From the NCBI GenBank assembly GCA_965203485.1, contig OZ241892.1:2880001-2944000 (forward strand): a DNA stretch of 64,000 nucleotides, given 5' to 3'. Each line of letters opens with the position of its first letter. Positions within the stretch are counted from its first letter, which is position 1. Below the pieces are notes generated by a model that saw only the letters and a list, made by a program, of their open reading frames with translations, ran no database searches and was not told the origin of the DNA. The position numbers and the translations under genes were made by a program. Below, one piece after another: positions 57,792-64,000 of this stretch. This DNA comes from Longimicrobiales bacterium. Lineage in GTDB: Bacteria > Gemmatimonadota > Gemmatimonadetes > Longimicrobiales > Gaopeijiaceae.

Positions 57792-60743
57792 ATGAGCGAC
57801 CGCCGACTGATCGAGGAGTGGTTGCCGATCGGAGAGCTGAGCGAGGAGTCAACCCGCGAACGAAGGTCCATGACCGCGTTGCCGCCCGTGTACTACCTGC
57901 ACGTGTGGTGGGCACGCCGTCCGCTGGTTGCGTCGCGGGCGGTGGTGCTGGGGTCGTTGCTGTCGGCGGATGTGGACCGCGAGCGGTTCTTGCACGTGCT
58001 TGGTATCCACGGGGATCCGGTGACGACTCGACGCCGCATCGACGCCGCAAAGCGAAGTGCCGACGACCTCGGAATAAATCCGTATGGCTACCAGCGTGCG
58101 TTTCTGTATTCGCCTGACGAAGCCGACATGGAGTGGGTCGGCGACGGCGTGTCCTTCGTGGACGCTTTGGATGAGGCTTGGGTGCTTGATCCCACCGCAG
58201 GTGGCGGCAGTATTCCCATGGAGGCCGTTCGCTTCGGGCTTCGGACGGGCGCGAACGACCTTAACCCTGTGGCGGCGATGTTGCTGGAAGCGACGGTGAG
58301 CTGGCCTAGCAAGCATGGGCGCGACATCCGAGAAGAATTTGCTGGGCTGGGTGCCGAGTTTGTCAAACGTGCTGAGACGCGGTACCGCGCGGCGGGGGTG
58401 TTTCCGCCGGAACCGGACGGCATTAGGGTAGTGGCGTATTGTTGGGCGCACACCGTCCGTTGCCCGTACTGCAATGGCTTGGTGCCGCTGTCTCCACACT
58501 GGCGTCTTGCGACGGATGGAACTGGAGTGAGGTTGCGGCCGCGCCTGGGAGACGGCCCCGGCGCCGACGGGCGGAAGTGCGAGTTCGAGATCGTCGGCTC
58601 GGTGACGGAGCAGTCGTCGGGCACGGTGAGTCGCAGCACGGGGATCTGCCCCTATCCGGACTGCGAGCGCGTCGTGGACGGCGGCGAGATCAAGCGGCAG
58701 GCGCGGGAGGGCAGGATGGGCCACCAACTGTACGCAGTCGTGTACAAGAAGCGCGTGCCCCGGTTTCTGAAGTCGGGGAAGCGGGGCAAGGACAAGTGGA
58801 AGCGCGGCTACCGAGCACCGCGTCCGTCGGACGACAATGGCGAGGAGGTGGCGCGACTTCTGGCGGAGAAGTTGCCCGGGTGGGAGGCGCTGGACATCGT
58901 GCCGAGCGAGAGGATACCGGACGGCAGCAAAACGGCGGAGCCCCAACGATACGGCATGCCGTATTGGCGAGACATGTTCTCGCCCCGCCAGCTACTCTGC
59001 CACGGCACCGGCGCGGATGTGTACCGCGAGATGCTCGACGCTGACCACAAGGCGGGCAAGCTCACAGACATCCGCAAGGCGGCCTACGGATACTTGGCGC
59101 TCGCGCTAGATACGATGGTGATCTACAACAATCGAGCTTGTCGATGGGGCGACACGATTGGACGAGTTCGCTCGATCTTCGACAGGCACGACTTCGGCTT
59201 CTGCTGGTCCTACGCCGAGATGGCGCCGCTGGTCACCGGCATCGGCTACGACTGGGCGATCGAAAAGACCGCCAAGTGCATCGGCGAACTCGCCGCACTG
59301 GTGCGCCCGCGCGGGCGGACGGCGAACGACAACTCGATCTTCGGCAGTGTCCGCAGGCCCTCCCACCCCAAGCTCGTCGTCACCTGCAAGTCCGCCGACG
59401 CGCTGGACCACATCGCCGACGGCGAGGTCGACGCCGTCGTCATGGATCCGCCGTACTACGACAACGTCATGTACGCGGAGCTGTCGGACTTCTTCTACGT
59501 ATGGCTCAAGCGGACGGCGGGCTACGTGTTTCCCGAGCTCTTCCGTCGGCGGCTGACGGACAAGGACAACGAAGCCGTCGCGAATCCGGCTCGGCACAGG
59601 GGGGAGAAAGGCGCCAAGGCGCGCGCGGGAAAGGACTACCAGGAGCGCATGGCGGCGATCTTCCGCGAGTGCAGGCGCGTGCTCAAGCCCGGCGGCATCA
59701 TGACGCTGATGTTCACGCACAAGGCGACGGGCGCCTGGGACGCGCTCACCAAGGGGCTGATCGAGGCGGGCTTCAGGATCACGGCGTCGTGGCCGGTCAA
59801 CACGGAGGCGCCGGGCAGCCTTCACATCAAGGACAAGGCGGCGGCCAACAGCACGATCTTTCTCGTGTGCCGTCCGCGGACCGAAGAGGAGGCGGACGAG
59901 GGCGGCGTGTACTGGGAAGACGTGGAGCCGAAGGTCGCGCGCGCCGTTCGCGAGCGCATCGGGGCGTTTCGCGAGGCCGGCATCCGGGGCGTGGACGTCT
60001 ACTTGGCGTCGTTCGGGCCCGCGCTCGAAGAGTTCTCGCGCCACTGGCCGCTTCGGCGCGGCACGCCCCGCAGGCCGGCGACGGTGGAGAAGCGGCGACG
60101 CCCGGCTGGGCTCGAGAAGGAGGAGGACCCCTACGCCGCCACTCCCGAGGACGCGCTCGAGGTCGCCCGCCGGGAAGTGAAGCGGTGGCGCCTCGAGCAG
60201 CTGACCCGCGTCGAGGCGAGCGACGACATGGACGCGCGAACCGCGTTCTTCGTGCTGGCGTGGGACGCGTTCCGGGCGCCCAGGTTCCCCTACGACGAGG
60301 CGCTCAAGCTGGCGCGGGCCGTCGGGGCCGACCTGGACAAGGACGTCGTGGGGCGGACGGCGGCCAAGACGGGCCAGAACCTGGTCCTCTGGGACAGCGG
60401 GGAGCGCGCGGCGAAGGGCGCGCTGGGGCCGGCCGACGGGTCGAAGGGGGTGATCGACGCGGTCCACGGCGCGGCGCACTTGGCGCGCACCCGCTCGCTC
60501 GACGCCGCCCGCGAGCGCTTGGCCGAGCTGGGACTGCACGAGGAGCCCCGCTTCCTGTCGGCGGTCAAGGCATTGCTGGAAGTTCTGCCCGTCTCCGGTT
60601 CCTTCACCGGCTTCGACTTGCCCAAGGGGCTGGCGGCGGCCGGAAGCGACTTCGAGGCCCTCGACAACCTTCGGCGCCTCGCGTTCAGCGAGGAGATCGG
60701 CGAGCCCGAGCAGCTCAAGCTGTGGCGGGACGAAGAAGCCTGA
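57792..60743 (+). CDS. DUF1156 family adenine-specific DNA methyltransferase with Zn-ribbon insert
   Basis: RLIEEWLP, LHVWWARRPL, DPTAGGGSIP (SAM binding), CPYC...CPYPDC and MDPPYYDN (catalytic motif IV). Confidence 0.9.
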   Translation: MSDRRLIEEWLPIGELSEESTRERRSMTALPPVYYLHVWWARRPLVASRAVVLGSLLSADVDRERFLHVLGIHGDPVTTRRRIDAAKRSADDLGINPYGYQRAFLYSPDEADMEWVGDGVSFVDALDEAWVLDPTAGGGSIPMEAVRFGLRTGANDLNPVAAMLLEATVSWPSKHGRDIREEFAGLGAEFVKRAETRYRAAGVFPPEPDGIRVVAYCWAHTVRCPYCNGLVPLSPHWRLATDGTGVRLRPRLGDGPGADGRKCEFEIVGSVTEQSSGTVSRSTGICPYPDCERVVDGGEIKRQAREGRMGHQLYAVVYKKRVPRFLKSGKRGKDKWKRGYRAPRPSDDNGEEVARLLAEKLPGWEALDIVPSERIPDGSKTAEPQRYGMPYWRDMFSPRQLLCHGTGADVYREMLDADHKAGKLTDIRKAAYGYLALALDTMVIYNNRACRWGDTIGRVRSIFDRHDFGFCWSYAEMAPLVTGIGYDWAIEKTAKCIGELAALVRPRGRTANDNSIFGSVRRPSHPKLVVTCKSADALDHIADGEVDAVVMDPPYYDNVMYAELSDFFYVWLKRTAGYVFPELFRRRLTDKDNEAVANPARHRGEKGAKARAGKDYQERMAAIFRECRRVLKPGGIMTLMFTHKATGAWDALTKGLIEAGFRITASWPVNTEAPGSLHIKDKAAANSTIFLVCRPRTEEEADEGGVYWEDVEPKVARAVRERIGAFREAGIRGVDVYLASFGPALEEFSRHWPLRRGTPRRPATVEKRRRPAGLEKEEDPYAATPEDALEVARREVKRWRLEQLTRVEASDDMDARTAFFVLAWDAFRAPRFPYDEALKLARAVGADLDKDVVGRTAAKTGQNLVLWDSGERAAKGALGPADGSKGVIDAVHGAAHLARTRSLDAARERLAELGLHEEPRFLSAVKALLEVLPVSGSFTGFDLPKGLAAAGSDFEALDNLRRLAFSEEIGEPEQLKLWRDEEA

Positions 60744-60745
60744 CA

Positions 60746-63700
60746 GTGCTGGCGGGACGCAAGTGGATGCGACGCTACACGCCGGACGACGGCGATCTGG
60801 TCAAGCTGTTCTACGTGCCTGCGCTGGAGGACGCCGTCCGCTACGACCGGTCGACCGGATACTTCAACGCGGGCGCGCTGGAGCTGGCGGCGCGGGGCAT
60901 CGAAGGGCTGGTGCGCAACGGGGGCGTGATGCGCATGGTCGTCGGCTGCACGCTCGCGCAGGACGAGATCGAGGCGATCGCGCGGGGCGAACGGCTCCGC
61001 GACGCGGTGCGGCAACGCTTGGCCGACGCGCCCTTGGCGCCGGACGCGAAGGGGAGGGACGCCCTGGAGCTGTTGGCGTGGATGGTCGCCCACGAGCATC
61101 TGGAAGTGAAGGTGGCGGTGCCGTGCGATGCCGCGCGCAATCCCGTGGCCGACGAAGCCATCTTCCACGAGAAGACCGGCGTCGTCGAGGACCGGGCCGG
61201 CGACCGCATCGCCTGGACGGGCAGCTTGAACGAGACGGCCGCCGGATGGACCCGCAACTGGGAGCGCATCCACGTCTACACGAGCTGGGGAGACGCGGAG
61301 CGAGTCGCCGACGCGAAGGTCGACTTCGACGCGTTGTGGGGCGACAACGCTCGCCGCCTCATCGTGCTTGGTCTGCCCGACGCGATTCGCCTGGACCTGC
61401 TGCGCTTCCTCCCCGAGGACGACCGCCTGCCCGCCCGGCTGCAAGAACACGAGAAGGCGCACACGTATCCCGAGCCGCGGCCGCCGCCCGCCATCACGCC
61501 CGAACCCGGCGACGCCGCCCGGGAGCGGCCGCCACACGTCCTCCCCGACCGCGAGCACGTCTTCCGGGACCGCGTATGGTCCTTCATCGAGCAGGCCCCT
61601 TCGATGCCCAGCGGCGGAAGGCGCGTCGGCGAGGCGACTTCGGCGGTCGAGCCTTGGCCGCACCAAGTTCGCGCCTTCGACCGCATGTACGACAGCTGGC
61701 CGCCCAGGCTCCTCATCGCCGACGAGGTCGGGCTCGGCAAGACGATTCAGGCGGGCCTGCTGCTTCGGCAAGCATGGCTGGCCGGGCGCGCCAAGCGCAT
61801 CTTCGTCCTGGCGCCCAAGGCCGTGCTGCGTCAGTGGCAGATCGAGCTGCGCGAGAAGTTCAACCTCAACTGGCCCGTCTACGACAAGGGCGAGCTGACG
61901 TGGCATCCGTCGCCGGCTTGGCGGGGCGGCAACGTTCGGCGGGTGGACGACGACCGTTGGCACGAGGAGCCGGCCGTCATCGCGTCCAGCCATCTGATGC
62001 GCCGAAGGGACCGGCGCCAAGCGTTGTTGGAGGACGCGGCGCCCTGGGACTTGATCGTGCTCGACGAAGCCCACCATGCCCGCCGCAGCGGGGTTGCCGG
62101 TGCAACGGGCGGCCACCCGAACACGCTGCTTCGCCTCATGCAGGGGCTCAAGGAGCGCACGGACGCGCTGGTGCTGCTGACCGCGACTCCGTTGCAGGTC
62201 CATCCCACTGAACTCTGGGACCTGCTCGACTTGCTCGGGCTGCCCCCCGAGTGGACGCCGACGGCGTTCGTCGAATTCTTCCAGAACGCCGGCCGGGCCG
62301 ACCCGACCCCTGAAGCATTCGAGCAGATGGCGCAACTGTTCCAGGCGACGGAGCGGCGCTACGGGAAGGCGGGCGAAGCCGAAATCGCCCGGGCGCTCGA
62401 TGGGCTGTCGCGACTGCGGGCCAGAAGTGTGGCGCGCGCCTTGCGAGACGGCGCTGCGACACCGCGGCTGTTGCTGGACGGCGAGGCTCGGCAGGCTGCG
62501 CTTCGGCTGTTGCGGGTGAGCACGCCGGTTCGCCGGCTGGTGTCGCGCCATACGCGGGAGCTGCTCCGGGAGTACCGTCGGTGCGGCCTCCTGCCGGCGC
62601 GCATCGCCGACCGCGACGTGGACGACCGCTTCGTCGAAATGACCGAAGGCGAGCGCGCCTTGTACGAAGCCGTGGAGGACTACATCGCGACGACGTACAA
62701 GCAAGCGTCCGAGGACGAGCGGCGGGCCGTCGGCTTCGTGATGACGATCTACCGGCGGCGGCTCGCCAGCAGCTTCCAGGCGTTGCGCAACACGTTGCAG
62801 AGGCGGGTGGACGCCGACGCGACCGTTGCCGCTTCATCGGACGCGGCCCTGGAGGAGGATTTCTCCGACGACGAGGTGAGCGACGAGCCGGCCCAGGACG
62901 AAGACGCCGTGGCGGAGGCGTTGCGGGAATCGCTTCGAGCGGAGGAGGAAGACGACATCCGGCGGTTGCTCGACCAGATCGGCCGGTTGCCGCCCGACAG
63001 CAAGCTGGCGGCGCTCAAGGACGTGCTCCGCGACCTGCGCGACGACGGGCATCGCCAAGTGATGGTCTTCACCCAGTACACCGACACGATGGACTTCCTG
63101 CGCGACGAGCTGTCCACAGGCGCCGGGGCCGCCCTGATGTGCTACTCGGGGCGCGGCGGCGAGATCCCCGGTGCCGACGGCTGGCGTCCCGTCGATCGCG
63201 ACACCGTCAAGCGGCACTTCCGGGACGGCGACGCCGAAGTCCTGCTCTGCACCGAAGCCGCCGCCGAAGGGCTCAACTTCCAGTTCTGCGGCGCCTTGGT
63301 CAACTACGACATGCCGTGGAACCCGATGCGCGTGGAGCAACGCATCGGCCGCATAGACCGCGTGGGCCAGAAGCACCCGGCGATCCGCATCGTGAACCTC
63401 CACTACGAAGACACGGTCGAGACCGACATCTACCGCGTGCTGCGGGAGCGCATCGGCCTGTTCACCAAGATGGTGGGCCGCCTCCAGCCGATTCTTTCGC
63501 AACTGCCCGGAACAATCACCGACGCAGTGCTGACCGGCAAGGGAGCGGACGCCGCTGGACGACGCCAGATGGCCACGGCGGTCGAAGCCCGGACAACGGA
63601 GGCGGCCGACGGCGCGTTCGACATCGACGCCGCCCTGGACGACGTGCTGGACGCTCCCCCTCGCCCGGAGCCCCCGGCGACCATGAACGACCTGGACCGC

Positions 63701-63955
63701 GTGATCGACTGGCCCGGCCTGCTTCCGCCCGGCACGAAGGTGCAGCCGCTCGGCAACCGCGAGTACGGCTACACCGCACCCGGGTCCACCGAGCCGGTGC
63801 GCGTGACCACCGACCCCGCCCACTACCGCGAGCACCCCGACAGCGTGGAGCTGTGGTCCCCCGGCAACCCGCTCTTCCAGCCGCCTCCGCAGGCTGGGCG
63901 CCGATCCCGAGACTGGCCTGGCGGCACGACGCTGAGGGACATACTGGACGGGTGA
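60746..63955 (+). CDS. PLD-family nuclease fused to an SNF2 helicase
   Basis: YDRSTGYF, FHEKTGVVED..GSLNET (single HKD), LIADEVGLGKT, DEAH, LTATP, EGLNFQ and WNPMRVEQRIGRIDR; start uncertain (60740-60767). Confidence 0.9.
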   Translation: MLAGRKWMRRYTPDDGDLVKLFYVPALEDAVRYDRSTGYFNAGALELAARGIEGLVRNGGVMRMVVGCTLAQDEIEAIARGERLRDAVRQRLADAPLAPDAKGRDALELLAWMVAHEHLEVKVAVPCDAARNPVADEAIFHEKTGVVEDRAGDRIAWTGSLNETAAGWTRNWERIHVYTSWGDAERVADAKVDFDALWGDNARRLIVLGLPDAIRLDLLRFLPEDDRLPARLQEHEKAHTYPEPRPPPAITPEPGDAARERPPHVLPDREHVFRDRVWSFIEQAPSMPSGGRRVGEATSAVEPWPHQVRAFDRMYDSWPPRLLIADEVGLGKTIQAGLLLRQAWLAGRAKRIFVLAPKAVLRQWQIELREKFNLNWPVYDKGELTWHPSPAWRGGNVRRVDDDRWHEEPAVIASSHLMRRRDRRQALLEDAAPWDLIVLDEAHHARRSGVAGATGGHPNTLLRLMQGLKERTDALVLLTATPLQVHPTELWDLLDLLGLPPEWTPTAFVEFFQNAGRADPTPEAFEQMAQLFQATERRYGKAGEAEIARALDGLSRLRARSVARALRDGAATPRLLLDGEARQAALRLLRVSTPVRRLVSRHTRELLREYRRCGLLPARIADRDVDDRFVEMTEGERALYEAVEDYIATTYKQASEDERRAVGFVMTIYRRRLASSFQALRNTLQRRVDADATVAASSDAALEEDFSDDEVSDEPAQDEDAVAEALRESLRAEEEDDIRRLLDQIGRLPPDSKLAALKDVLRDLRDDGHRQVMVFTQYTDTMDFLRDELSTGAGAALMCYSGRGGEIPGADGWRPVDRDTVKRHFRDGDAEVLLCTEAAAEGLNFQFCGALVNYDMPWNPMRVEQRIGRIDRVGQKHPAIRIVNLHYEDTVETDIYRVLRERIGLFTKMVGRLQPILSQLPGTITDAVLTGKGADAAGRRQMATAVEARTTEAADGAFDIDAALDDVLDAPPRPEPPATMNDLDRVIDWPGLLPPGTKVQPLGNREYGYTAPGSTEPVRVTTDPAHYREHPDSVELWSPGNPLFQPPPQAGRRSRDWPGGTTLRDILDG

Positions 63956-64000
63956 TTGCGGCGTTGCGGCGCTCCGGCCCGCTGTTGGCGCGTCCCCGGT

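Noticed and set aside
59138..60745. Apparent N-terminal extension making the SNF2 ORF 1605 aa, or a methyltransferase-helicase fusion
   Set aside because: The extension overlaps the methyltransferase in another frame and is low complexity; the methyltransferase has its own stop at 60743
45250..63955. Calling the island classical BREX, DISARM or type III R-M
   Set aside because: No PglZ, BrxL, DrmA/DrmB (DUF1998) or Res/Mod pair; the gene set fits the DUF499/DUF1156/PLD-SNF2 system

Overview
High-GC bacterial chromosome segment. Gene content (TolB-like/TPR membrane protein, secreted M28/M14 peptidases, D-aminoacylase) tentatively suggests a Gemmatimonadota/Acidobacteriota-like organism. About 1-41 kb is mostly housekeeping and metabolic: sufS, D-amino-acid catabolism genes, peptidases, rnhB, rplS, trmD, rimM, rpsP, ffh, purA, a DapA-family lyase, trpS and a three-subunit succinate dehydrogenase. 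The normally contiguous trmD-rplS junction is split by ~16 kb of accessory DNA. That block holds an AlbA/HATPase + dual-OB + 2x DUF488 operon, an imuA-imuB-dnaE2 cassette whose two leaderless promoters share an SOS-box-like motif, a low-GC ABC-ATPase/DUF3226 pair and an IS1634 remnant. About 41.5-64 kb is a defence island with an Rpn nuclease carrying a likely intragenic antitoxin start, an orphan UvrD helicase, two tandem 34-bp 13-8-13 palindromes, and a DUF499 ATPase / DUF3780-like / DUF1156 methyltransferase / PLD-SNF2 'restriction-like' system. A ~9 kb lower-GC cargo is nested inside that system: an unknown gene, a MAD3/MAD4-like pair, a HEPN + ParA/MinD-like + P-loop NTPase triad (the best candidate for an undescribed system) and an HNH Lamassu/ABC-three-component system. 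No rRNA, tRNA or CRISPR array was seen. All family calls come from motif recognition by eye, not database searches, and start codons are best estimates.
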